64,000 nt of DNA from a virus (IMGVR_UViG_3300033545_000001:1-64000), one strand, 5' to 3'. Shown: positions 23,175 to 34,409, counted from the first letter of the stretch. Notes: generated by a model not told the origin, from the sequence alone. Program-made: numbers and translations.

Positions 23175-23215
23175 TGAGTGGAGGTATGACCCTCCTAGCC
23201 GCTCAACAGCTCTCA
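23175..23215. repeat. 41-bp dispersed repeat, copy 1 (copy 2 at 31065-31105)
   Basis: 36/41 identical; inner inverted repeat with compensatory changes. Confidence 0.85.
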
Positions 23216-23232
23216 CGCTCCCTCTGTGAGGG

Positions 23233-23640
23233 TTAGTCCCGGTTCATTACCAGCGCGTAGATTTCACGCTGCTCATCCTCGGTGAATCCGTACAGATGAG
23301 CCGTCTTCTCCGTGCGCTCTCCAGTATACACGTGGATATCCGTCTCCTCAATGTACCACACGTTGACACCATCCGTAGGCTCAGCGGACGTTTCCGATGC
23401 GTAGAAATTCTGTCCGTGGCCATTGAGCAACTGAGCAGCCGCATAAACGTCCGTGGCAGGGATCCACGTACCGTGCCACTCTTCCCCATCATCAAAGCCG
23501 GAGTCTTCCGACCAGTCCCCAAGATCTTCGAGATAGTCAGCCGTATCGAAGTCCTCGGAGTAGGAATCTTTCAGATTGGGCTCATCCTCATACCATTCCC
23601 AAGGGTCGAACTTGCTGATGTGAACGGTGATCATGCCCAT
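23233..23640 (-). CDS. acidic hypothetical protein
   Basis: AAAGGAG RBS; promoter at 23686-23714. Confidence 0.7.
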   Translation of the reverse strand: MGMITVHISKFDPWEWYEDEPNLKDSYSEDFDTADYLEDLGDWSEDSGFDDGEEWHGTWIPATDVYAAAQLLNGHGQNFYASETSAEPTDGVNVWYIEETDIHVYTGERTEKTAHLYGFTEDEQREIYALVMNRD

Positions 23641-23742
23641 GATTTGATCTCCTTTGTTTGGTCCGTCATCCCTTGCTATGTCTCTATCCTCTCAGTCAGC
23701 CGGACCCATGTCAAGCGGTCCGGCTGACCAGTTCCAAGATCT

Positions 23743-24132
23743 TTAATACCGGCTGACTTCCTTTACAGCAGCAGCCAACTCGTCAAGATCTTGATACTGA
23801 CGGATGTCATCCCACGCTTGCTCATGGTTCGAATCCCAGCAAAGCAACTCTACAGAGTCGTTGTCCGAGTAGCTACCATACCCGAACTGCCTCACAGACA
23901 GTGTATAGCCGTTGGGGAAGTCAAAGCACCAATAGCGCTCGCTTGAAGGGTTGCGGGGGATGTAGCGCACCCTGTAGGTAGGCATGCGGCCCGAGTAGAG
24001 CTCTGCCACGTCGCAGAATTCATGCCAGTCAGCAGCACACGTCACCAGCGGATACATGGGCATGCTGATCACTCCTCTCTGTACCCATTGTGGATAAAAC
24101 TCTGCTCCTATGTGAATGTGAGTCTGACTCAT
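23743..24132 (-). CDS. hypothetical protein (FPNGYTLSV family)
   Basis: Tandem paralog of 24135-24467. Confidence 0.7.
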   Translation of the reverse strand: MSQTHIHIGAEFYPQWVQRGVISMPMYPLVTCAADWHEFCDVAELYSGRMPTYRVRYIPRNPSSERYWCFDFPNGYTLSVRQFGYGSYSDNDSVELLCWDSNHEQAWDDIRQYQDLDELAAAVKEVSRY

Positions 24133-24134
24133 GA

Positions 24135-24467
24135 TCAGCTTTCCAGAGCGTGAGTGGTGGACGTTTCCAGGGATGACGGGAGAGACGATACCTCATCTAT
24201 CGCATCCATAATCTCACTGAAGCTCTGGTAAGCGCGGACGTCATCCCAGAGGTAATCACGTCCCTTACCCCATGCCCAGAGCTCTGCCGTGTCCTCAGTG
24301 GAGTATGCGCCCGAACCGGGACGACCCCAGAGAACAGACAGGGTGTAGCCGTTGGGGAAAGTCAGTTGCCAATTGTCCGCACCTAGCGGGTTTGTCTCGT
24401 GCTCCACAGTGAAGGGAGGCAGCGAACGGGAAGACAAGTCGAAAAGCTCAGGCAGGTTCTCAAACAT
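24135..24467 (-). CDS. hypothetical protein (FPNGYTLSV family)
   Basis: FPNGYTLSV...YS....ELW.W....WDD.R.YQ. Confidence 0.7.
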   Translation of the reverse strand: MFENLPELFDLSSRSLPPFTVEHETNPLGADNWQLTFPNGYTLSVLWGRPGSGAYSTEDTAELWAWGKGRDYLWDDVRAYQSFSEIMDAIDEVSSLPSSLETSTTHALES

Positions 24468-27400
24468 GATCCTTTATCCTCTCTGTACCCATTGTGGTGT
24501 TCTAGTTCTCTCGTTTCAAGTTGGCGATGTGCTCGTCTACAGCTCCATTGTGCAGCACCGTACCATCCGAGCACAAGTGGTACGGGTCAAAACATTTCTG
24601 ACACGCCCTCACATGGCTGTTGTACATGTCCTTACGGGTGATCCGAGGATAGTCCGTCATCGTGACTCACCTGCCTTTCCCAAACAGCCTTATGCTGGCC
24701 GTCCCACCATCCGTCTATGTACTGTTCCCACAGCTCTTCATTGTCGAAATCAGCTTGGGTTCGCTTCGTGAATCTTTCACCGGCTGCGAACGCGGTAAAG
24801 CTCTCACCAGCGCGGGCCTTCCACGCTGCATAACCCTCTGACTTGCCCATCTCATAAAGCTCAGGCAGGTTCACAGACATGATCCTTTATCCTCTCTATT
24901 TGGGGATTTCCCCATTGCACGGACAGTTATCCCACACCACGGGTCAACCACTCGTCAAGATCACGGTTATCCCACGCGTCGGGTACGGATCCACCACGGG
25001 TCAACCACTCGTCAAGATCTTCGAATGCCGAGATAGCATCGATGATCCATGCCGCGTACGACTCTGCATCGTTCTGGGCTTCCGCAGTAGCGATAGCCTT
25101 ACGGATAGCCTCTAGGGTGGCGTTAGGGTCCATTGGGTCATCCTTCCGGTAGTCTGTGCCAGGTAGGGCGGGAAAGGCTCTCAGAATCGCTCTGTGAGGC
25201 TCTGAGAGCCAATCTCGTTCGGCCTAGTGTTGCTACATCTTGGTACCGCAGTACAGACACACGGTGTCGCGTCCCTGCTTTACCGGCCGACATCCCAACG
25301 TCACACAGTCGGGCGTAGGCAGGCTGTTGAGCGTGTCATGATTCTGCTGAGAGAGTTGACCCTGAATGTGCTTGTCTCCTCTGTGCTTTCCCTTACCGAA
25401 CATTTCTGTTCCCCTTTCAATTAGACATCACTACGGAGCAGATTCTCAGGATCGGACTGCTTCCGGATCCCAATCTTCCGACTCATCCTCTGAATCGTCG
25501 TCCGAGTCCTCTTCTCCGTCACCCCACACGGCTTCAGCGATCGTGTCCCAGTCAACCGACCCCATGAGGTCAGTCAGAATGGACCACGCGAAATCATTGA
25601 CGCTGTTCTCGTCACACTCCATTTCGAACCACTCACACAAAGCCGTGCCAGCGTCCCACGTGCGCCCCGCCCGCATGTCGTCACGGATGATGTCCCGTGC
25701 ATTCTCGTAAAGCGCTTCGGTATTCTCGATCCAAAGGCTGATCTTGTCAGTGGCGCCATTCGACATGTTAGTTACCCTCCGTCACGGTGCCCAAGTCATT
25801 CGGGAAAACATTGTACACATAGCCGCCCTCCGTGATTTCACGCCTGATCAGGCTAGCCGCGCCATACACCTTGTCTGCGAGAGCCTGAGCAACTTTCAGG
25901 TGAGCGTCCCGTGCTCCGTGATCGTACGGCAGGGTCAGTTGCCTGCCATCATGACGCGCAGTGATCTTGCTGCCCTGAAAGTCGATGGGGCCGTAGTACC
26001 GGGTGCGAATCGTCTTGGCCATGATCTAGAAATCCCCTTCCGAGAAACCCTTGACACTGTACACGTCGTACGCGTCCCCACACCCGCCCAGTTCGGTCAC
26101 ATAGACTTCCCAAAAGCAGGTTTCCAGCTCTCCCGAGTCTACCTGACTCTCAAGCAACTCCGCAATCCAGTCGGCGACATTGACCGCGTAATCACGTCCA
26201 ATCGGGAACGATTCGTCAAGCGCGCCTAGGTAAACCACGTCCAAGGTATACGCGTTAACAGCGTCCGACTCAAGGTCGATACGGTCCAAGACGTTGCCCT
26301 CACGCGCCCGCATTTCCACATACGCCCGAGTCTCGTTACTGATCGTGCCGTACGGCATTTCGTGGTCTCCCTTGCTCTAGTGGTCCAACACAACCCAAGT
26401 TACTCCCTAGCCGTTAGGCTGTCAAGTGGGGTTTCCTGGGCTCTGCAAAGCCTCTAGCGCTCAGTACTCGATTTCCTCAGCGAACATCTCACGATAGCGA
26501 TCTAGCACTTTCAGAACGGCTGTCAGAGACTCGATATAGTCTGTGTACGTGCGCCACATGTCGCGCGGCCAATCATTCCCACGGATGCCGTCCGGCTGGT
26601 AAGCTCTGAGCGTCTCAACAGCATACGTGTCTTCCGGCTCAGTGGCGCACGTGCGGAACTCAGGCATCCACACGTCACAGTCAAAAGCTAGCACTTCGCA
26701 CAGAGCGAAACGCCACTCTTGGACACTGGCGAAATTGTCGTACTCGTCCCAGTTCAGCTTAATCTCATCCATGATATTTTTATACACGTCGCTCATGGTT
26801 ACAACTCCTCAGAAACTCACGGTGCGCCAACGGTTCATACGCTCACTCGGACGGTACATCAAAGGCTTGTGGTCCGTCTTCATTTCAACCGACTTGACAG
26901 CCTTGCCCGTACCGCGCGCTGCGCTCTTAGTGACCTTGACAGTGGTACGCACAGTGACTTTGACGCTCTTGCGCACAGTCTTCCGACCAATGCGGCGCGC
27001 GGTACGGAACATGATCTCTCCCTAGTGAGTGCCTTTGTCCTTACAACACCCATCCTAGCCGGTCACGGACACCTGTCAAGTATCCGTGACCAGACCGTTA
27101 TACTAGACGCTGGCCAGCGTGAGCGCATCACGGGTGAGGACCAGCCGACGCGCGGACCGGCCGTTGACCATCGTGCGGGAAGCGCCGTTGACCGTGATCA
27201 GCCCAGCCTTACGCAGAGCCTTGACCGTGGCGGACGTGATGCCCTTGACGCTGGTCGCTCCGCTGTTGAGCACGTAAACCCGCTCGCTGTTGATCATGTC
27301 GAGAGCCTTACGCTGCGTGTCACTAACACGGGAAGCCATGGTGTTAACTCCTTATGGGTTTGAGGTCACGTTGTGTGTCCTCTGAGTGCGTGATAAGACT

Positions 27401-28847
27401 TTGACATCTTATCACGCTGCCGCTTAGTCGGTAAGCGGCTCAACCGTCAGATCAAACACATTCGCGTAATTCGTATTACGGTAGGGAATCCCACTAGAGT
27501 CGCGCTCCACTAGCACTTTGGCACTCTTGCCCAATGACGGACCATTGAGTACTTCGATGAATGTAGCCGTGTCCCCACGAAAGTCCGTCACCGTGTCGCC
27601 GGTCAGAACGACCCTGCCATCCTTGTCAGTGACCAGGTAGACCATCAGCGCGCATCCGTGGCGTACTCGACAGGCTCAGCCGGAACGGTGACGCTCTCGC
27701 CAGTCCCAGCCGGGTACAGCTTAACGAGCTTGGCCATCTCACGCTCGCGCTTGCTGCTCTGCGGACGACGGACAGCACTCTTACGGTTGGTCATTTCAAA
27801 GCCTTTCGACGTAGTTACCCTGTCGCATGGAAGCTACAGGACAACCCGCACGACGTCAAGTAAAGCGGTCAATCGTGCGGGAAGTTCCGTATCCTCAGCA
27901 GTATTGAGCCGAGTAGTCGTCCGCGTCCACCATGCCCACTAGACCATAGCGCGTGGTCTGATAGTCCTCCTCGAAACCAGGATAGTCGTCATCCTGGTAT
28001 CCGTCATCATCGAACGTGTCTGAACCGTAGGGGTCGGTGCCCATGGCGTCGTAGTACATTTCCCACTCGCGCTCACGGTCCAGCTGATTCATCCGCAAAC
28101 AGCTTTCCGCCGCATCGCCCAGAGAGTAGACCACAACATCCATGGCCCAATCTCGGATGTACACACCTTCCACGGTATCACGGATTACAAACCCGATCAG
28201 CCATGGCCTGATCTGATAACGCCCCATTCCTCACCTTCCGTAGCAGTCGATGTACTCACTGTACTGCTCACTGTCGCGCCGGTCAAGCTCTGAGACAGAC
28301 AAACCTTCGTACTCTGCCTCATGCACTCTACAGAGCGATTCGTCCCAATCCTCGGCATCGGGGTCGGTACACCACGGGCACATGTTCACCTTTCCATCCC
28401 TTCCGTCGTCCTTCCCTGCTGAGAGCAATACTGGCACAGGGTCAAGGGGATGCGCAAGTCACGGTTAGGTAACGGCCCTAGACCTCCCCAAGGTGAGCGT
28501 ACGTGACGCGCGATTGTCCTCCGCATACTGACAGCTGTCAATACTTTGGACTGAGTTTCTTATTACCGTAGAGTAATAGCCTCTGACCTGCATGTTTCGT
28601 ATAGAGCAGGGGTGACCTGGGGTACCTGGGAAGGGGGTCATAGCCTCTATGGTGCCTCTCTGGCCTTTCTCAGGCTCACTACTCAGAGTGACTGATTCAA
28701 ACTGCTATACGGTATGGTGCATATTCATACAGCTAATTAACTATGCAGCTTGATGCATGATCATTCATAAGGTGCCACTTGTGATCTTGATGCCTTAGGG
28801 TGTAAGCTCACAAGGTAAGCGCAACTGTTACGGCAGAAAGGATTATC

Positions 28848-30083
28848 ATGGGAGAGCGAGAAAGGCCAGTGCGCAAGACTCCGCCACGCGCTGTGAGCGG
28901 ACAGTTTGAATCCACGGATGTCATTGACGCTGAGATCAATTCTGTGTCTGTAGAGCGTAAGCCGGAAGGGGAGAGGCTGTTAGATGAGACTCTAAGCGCT
29001 GTGCGTGACTATGTGGCTATCGGGGATGCGGAGTCGGTGGCTATGACGCTCTACGCTGCTGCTACGCATGCTGCTTCGTCGTTCCGTGCCTTTGGTCGAC
29101 TGTTGTTCAACGCTGAGACTCACGAGTGCGGAAAGACTGTAGCCATGATGACTACGGCTCACTTGTCTGCCAATCCTGAGGATTGCGATGGTACTAGCTA
29201 TGCAATTCAATCAATGTTGGCTGAATATGCAAATGCTCCTGAAAAGGGCCGTCCGACTCTCTACCTTGATGAAATCAATCAGGTATTTGGTAAGTCTGGC
29301 CTGAATGGCTCTAGCAATCCTGTCGCTAACATTCTGCGTAAAGGTTACAAGTCTGACGCTAGAGCCAAATGGTCTGTGAATCGCGTGTCTGAGGAGTACT
29401 CTACCTACACGCCTTTCATTGTTGCTGGCAATGGTAATTCTGTTCCGGTGGACATTCGTTCTCGCGCTATTGTTATTCAGTGCGTGCGTGGTATCCCACG
29501 GTTTGAATTGGAGGATTACGGCTCTGAGGATAGGCTTAAGCGTATTGGCAGGTCTCTTGGGCGGGAAGTGCCTAGGCATCGTGGCGCGTTAGAGGAATTC
29601 CGTGTTCCCCGCAACGAGATTCCTGGAATGAGTGCTCGTAAGGCTCAAATTTGGCATCCTTTGATGGCTGTCGCGTTGCACGTCGGTGGTGAGCGTTGGT
29701 TTGGTATGGCGGTTCAATCGTTCCGTGATCTCAATTCAACAGCGGATGCATCGGAAGTCCTTTCGGCCGATCAGCAGACTCTCAAGGAATTGTGCGATTT
29801 CATTGCTGAGTACGGCTATGAACGTAAGGATTTCATTCCTGGTCTTGAAATGGCTGACGAGTTGTGCCTGTTGAGCCGCTTTGAGGGGCGTACCGCTTTG
29901 AGTGTCACGCATGACATTGCTCGCGCAATGCCCGTTAAGGCTATCAAAAAGCGTCCCAACGGCAATGACGCTCCCGCATGGGGCTACTATGCCGCATGGG
30001 TTATGGATGCTTGGGAGGCTCAGCGGCCGGTCGCTACAGCTCTCAGCGTGAGCTTTGTAGAGCGTGGCGCATGGGGTGAGTAA
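28848..30083 (+). CDS. DUF3631-like P-loop ATPase (Rep/helicase-associated)
   Basis: LLDETL...YV...ATHA..F...RL....ECGKT (Walker A-like); LYLDEI (Walker B); IRSRAIVI arginine finger. Confidence 0.65.
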   Translation: MGERERPVRKTPPRAVSGQFESTDVIDAEINSVSVERKPEGERLLDETLSAVRDYVAIGDAESVAMTLYAAATHAASSFRAFGRLLFNAETHECGKTVAMMTTAHLSANPEDCDGTSYAIQSMLAEYANAPEKGRPTLYLDEINQVFGKSGLNGSSNPVANILRKGYKSDARAKWSVNRVSEEYSTYTPFIVAGNGNSVPVDIRSRAIVIQCVRGIPRFELEDYGSEDRLKRIGRSLGREVPRHRGALEEFRVPRNEIPGMSARKAQIWHPLMAVALHVGGERWFGMAVQSFRDLNSTADASEVLSADQQTLKELCDFIAEYGYERKDFIPGLEMADELCLLSRFEGRTALSVTHDIARAMPVKAIKKRPNGNDAPAWGYYAAWVMDAWEAQRPVATALSVSFVERGAWGE

Positions 30084-30178
30084 CCGGTACATCCGGTACA
30101 TCCGGAACATGCCAGGTCAGCGCATTGATCGTTATAAACATCCGGAACACCCTGGAGATTCTCCAGGGTGTTTTTATC

Positions 30179-30238
30179 ATGATGGATGATGATGCTGACC
30201 GGCTGAGACGTGCTGCTGACTACCTAGAGGCCCTGTGA
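30179..30238 (+). pseudogene. possible remnant of an endonuclease VII-type homing endonuclease C-terminus
   Basis: Encodes MMDDDADRLRRAADYLEAL*, matching the DD...L.RAA.YL tail of that family. Confidence 0.35.
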
Positions 30239-31064
30239 GCGATTCTGAGAGCCTTACAGCCTCATCCTGGCACTTGGGTAGGCTTACCTCATTGGATCTT
30301 GCTAGAACGGCTCTGAGAGGCTCTCAGAGCCAGTCGGCGCAGCAGACTGCCAGCGGGCATGCCAAAGAAGCTCTGGGGTAATCCCAGAGCTTCTAAGGGG
30401 TACTGCGGTCGGTTACGTTAGATTGTCGCAGCAGGGAAGGAACAGAGACGCGTAATCCGCATTGGCGTCGCACTCCTCATGCCATTCGGGAGTACCGGAC
30501 TCGTTGTTGTCGCTTGCCACGTCACCCCAGACAGCCATGTTCACGTCATGGCGGTTGTCAGCATCGATCATCCACGGGTCATCGTGGAAGCGCTTAGCCT
30601 CTCTAAGAGCCTCACAGTGCCTTTGCGGCATACCGTCAGGGTCACGGTCTGTGAGGCTGTTACACTAGCTTACTCGTAATGCGGAGTGTACTCCGGGTAA
30701 TCCGCTCCGGGCGCGTCATCGATGCACACGCTGTAGTCGCCACCCGAATAGATCACGGATGAGGACTTGCCCGTGTGCGGGTACTCGACTCGCAGCGCGT
30801 CACGCACAGACTCAGCGTCCGCAGTAGTCACCTGACGGCTCAGAACGAGTCTGCCACAGTCGTACCACCATCCGCCCTCTTCCGGACCGCCGTACGCACG
30901 GTCAACCTCATAGACGTTCACGAAAGTGAAGCCGGGCGCGTACTCAACCGTGGGACCGTCTTCGGTCGATTCGCTGTAGGAATCTTCGTAGTCAGCAATG
31001 TCGTCATACTCGCTCATGATGTTCCTTAGGGCCGTAGGACGCTCCTATAGCGCCCCGGAGTGTC

Positions 31065-31105
31065 TGAGTGAGGGTATGACCCCTCTAGCCGCTCAACGGC
31101 TCTCA
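31065..31105. repeat. 41-bp dispersed repeat, copy 2
   Basis: TGAGTGAGGGTATGACCCCTCTAGCCGCTCAACGGCTCTCA. Confidence 0.85.
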
Positions 31106-32730
31106 GACAGGCTCACAGAGCCTTAGACGTCGTATGCGCCCCACCGCGTCTCAACGGTGCCCAGGTAGTCACTCGGAGCGCTGTTGCGGCCCCAATGCAC
31201 TCCGCAGATGTCCTCATGCTGTCCGGTGTGCCCGTTGTCCAGAATGCACGCAGCGTCGTTGCCCAGGTAGGAATGCACCGAACGGCACCCGCTGTTGCGC
31301 GCATGGCGCGTCAGATTCCTGTCATACGCTGCCTTGACCTCTCCGCGCATGATCTTCCGGCCGTCACCGTGGTACGGAAGGATCATCATGCGGTCGCGCG
31401 AATCGCTATCCCATTCATTGATGTACGCACGCGCGTCACGTACAGTCAGGAATGAGGCACACGCGCCACCGGTCCAATCCTGCACTTCGAAGCGATAGCC
31501 GACCGGAAAAGCCAGCGTCAACGCGTGATCCATGATCTCAACGTCACCAGCCGGGGCGTTCACCTGGTCCCACGTGCCCAGAGCCTTACCGCAGTAAATG
31601 CACGCCTGAGAGCCGTCCGACGCTTCGAAATCCTCTACGCCTGTGGACGTGTCCAAGCATCCTCCGCAGTAGTACGACGCTTCAAAGCCGTTCCACTCAT
31701 TGCTGACGCGGTAGCCGAGTTCCATGATCTTGCCTTTCAGTCGGTCGGTGCTGGCAGTCCTGAATCTAGATGCTGCCCATAGGGAGGTCAAGCTGATTCA
31801 TGAAACGCGATAAGACTGTGACCAAACCGCAATCTTACATGCCAGCCAAGCTCGCAGAGCCACGCTGAAAACCTCACAGACCATCCCTAGCCCAGATATG
31901 CCAAGAGGCACCCTAGAGCGTCTAGGGTGCCTCTCAGAGCCGTACAGAGCCTACGCGAAGCTAACCCGCGCCGTGCGCTCCGGACCGAACACGTCCGTCA
32001 TGCGCTGCTCATGCTGAGCGTTCAACGCGGCTTCTACGTCATAGGCCGCTTGCTCGGGACTGTGATGCATGATCTGTCCGGCCGCATCCCTGACGTAGCC
32101 CCCTGACATCAAATCCCTTATCATCCACGTGCCATCCTCCGCAGCGTCCGCGCGGTAGCGAAACCAGACCAGTTCATCCATGATCGGTCCTTTCCGGTAG
32201 GGAGCCATGAGCGTCTCACAGACCCCGCCACAGACAAGGATGGTGTAGCCAACCGAAGCATCATCGTAATCAGATCGTTATGATCGTAAGGTTCTAGGGA
32301 GGTCAACGGCTCTTACTCATCTGGTGAGTAAGAGCGGCTAGATACAGTCATCAGAGATCTGATATCCCCATGAGCAGCGCTATTGCACTATCCATGTATA
32401 TCAATGAATGAGCACAGCTTGTATCAAGAAACGTACATAGTCCTAGGTATGAGCACAAGTCATAGTTCTGGTATGTTTTCAATACCATTGCATATACGAA
32501 TGTGATATCACATTAAGGTGTATTGAGCAGAGGTATTCAAACCACTACTAAAACAGAACCCTTATGAGCACAGCGCTATACATATAGACCTAGATATAGA
32601 CCTATCCATAGACATATACATGCCCAGTGAGCAGCCCTGACAGCCTGCCCTAGATATAGCCCACGCGCCTCGCGCGCCCATACAGAGAGCCCGTCAGCAC
32701 AGGCATACACACGCTAGGGCTACACCTAGC

Positions 32731-32783
32731 CCTACACCTATCCGCACCACCCCGCGCCTTACCTACACCTATCCGCACCACCC
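32731..32783. repeat. 22-bp direct repeat x2
   Basis: CCTACACCTATCCGCACCACCC at 32731 and 32762. Confidence 0.9.
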
Positions 32784-32955
32784 AATAGTAAGGCACATCA
32801 GCACACTGTCATAAGGCCATTGACCACTACATATAGATCCCCAGCACATACAAACCACTACATGTAGTCATTGACCAGCCACTGTGTACATTCACACCTA
32901 TATATACTCACTGCATACACACACTGAGACACCTATATACATCAGCCTACTTACA

Positions 32956-33059
32956 TACACTCCCGAACGGTCGTGAGGTACACACTCTCATGTCAGCCTG
33001 CTCATACTCTGCTCATCTCATCACCCTTACACTCCCGAACGGTCGTGAGGTACACACTC
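32956..33059. repeat. 32-bp direct repeat x2
   Basis: TACACTCCCGAACGGTCGTGAGGTACACACTC at 32956 and 33028. Confidence 0.9.
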
Positions 33060-33298
33060 CATACAGCGCTAGCGCTACATATTCTTATATCCACATCCAT
33101 ACATACACAGTGTGGCAGTACCATGGCAGGGCTAGGATGTCAGAGGGTTGACGTAGGAGGGGCTTATATCAGGGTCCTGAGCCCAGAGGGAGGGGCGGTT
33201 TTAGCCGCCGGAGTATTTTTAGGATCTTGCTTCGATTGATTTAGGTGTAATTGTGTATATTAGGAACTTGATAAAATGATTAAGATCAGAGCATGAGT

Positions 33299-33376
33299 GT
33301 TCTATTATCGAACAAAACCATTGAGAATTCGTCTTGTGCACTGTAAAGTATAGGCTAAACGTTCTATTATCGAACA
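33299..33376. repeat. 16-bp direct repeat x2 in an AT-rich tract
   Basis: GTTCTATTATCGAACA at 33299 and 33361 (GTTC-N7-GAAC dyad). Confidence 0.85.
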
Positions 33377-34409
33377 CCAGACTGCTATTTAGGCTTAAAT
33401 CCTGAAAATCTGCCCCTCTACTAGGTTGACAAATGACAAGCAGCTGTGGTAGTCTTGGAGCTTGGACAGCTGATAAGGAGGCACTGTGAGTGGTGTAGGC
33501 GAGAGCGACCTGCGAGAGGTTGAAGAGGCTGCTATGGCCGTTTTGGAGGTGGATGGCATATCTGTGGATTGGAATACTGGGCAGTTGCACAGGGCTGGCA
33601 TGTTCTCTGTCAAGGAGGATGTCTTGATGACTGGTGATGCCTATACCAGCGATGATTTAAGCATGGTTCAAGACATGGAATGGTTCTATGAGACTTCCCC
33701 GCTGGCATTCGGGGCTTTCGACTGCTATGAAGAGGCCAGATTTTGGAGCCATCCTTGAAAACCGTGCATCTTACTGTCCTGATCGATAGGGCTGGGGACC
33801 ACTACTACGATAGTCACTATTGTGACGGTTGTGTCCATAACTGTCCCCATGACGGCTGTGCTGCTATGAATTGAGTTGACATTATCCTCAAGGTGTGCTA
33901 TAGTGGTATCAAGAACCGGATGGGCCTGGGAAATAAGACAGTCCGAGGATACTCGTGGGTATTTCCATCACAGCCCTTTGGATAGGGGCTTCAGCAGTAA
34001 TTTATTGGCTGTGTGCTTCAACCGGATCCCCCCTACTGAGACTCTATGTCTGGCTATGGGTTAAATCTCACATGAGACTATGGAATGCCCAGTACAGGCA
34101 CAAGCTCGCTTATCAGGAGGAAGAGGATGAAAATGCCTGAGACTATTGACTATGTAGCGTTTCTCCGATTCGACCGAGATGCGTCAACTACCTCTGACGA
34201 ATTCATGGCCAAAATTATCGTGACAGCCAGTATAAACAAGGCTGCCTTAGGGGTTGGCCTTAAAAGCGGGATCGCTGAACTTGACTTCAGCATTGTTGAA
34301 GGCCAGGAATGGAACGAGATCAAGCGTATCGCTTTAGAGACTGGCGGAGTCGAAATCATAGGGATCTATCGTAAAGATGAGATCGATGAAGAAGAGATAG
34401 CAGTCTACA

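Noticed and set aside
23296-27363. Long plus-strand ORFs (e.g. 23296-23727, 25744-26229, 26719-27363)
   Set aside because: Antisense shadows of minus-strand genes that have promoters and RBSs
32731-33059. CRISPR mini-array (32-bp repeats with a 40-bp spacer; Cas4-like gene in the window)
   Set aside because: Only two copies, non-palindromic, no cas operon; solo Cas4-like nucleases are common in phages
33299-33376. LexA SOS boxes
   Set aside because: The dyad is GTTC-N7-GAAC, not the actinobacterial GAAC-N4-GTTC arrangement
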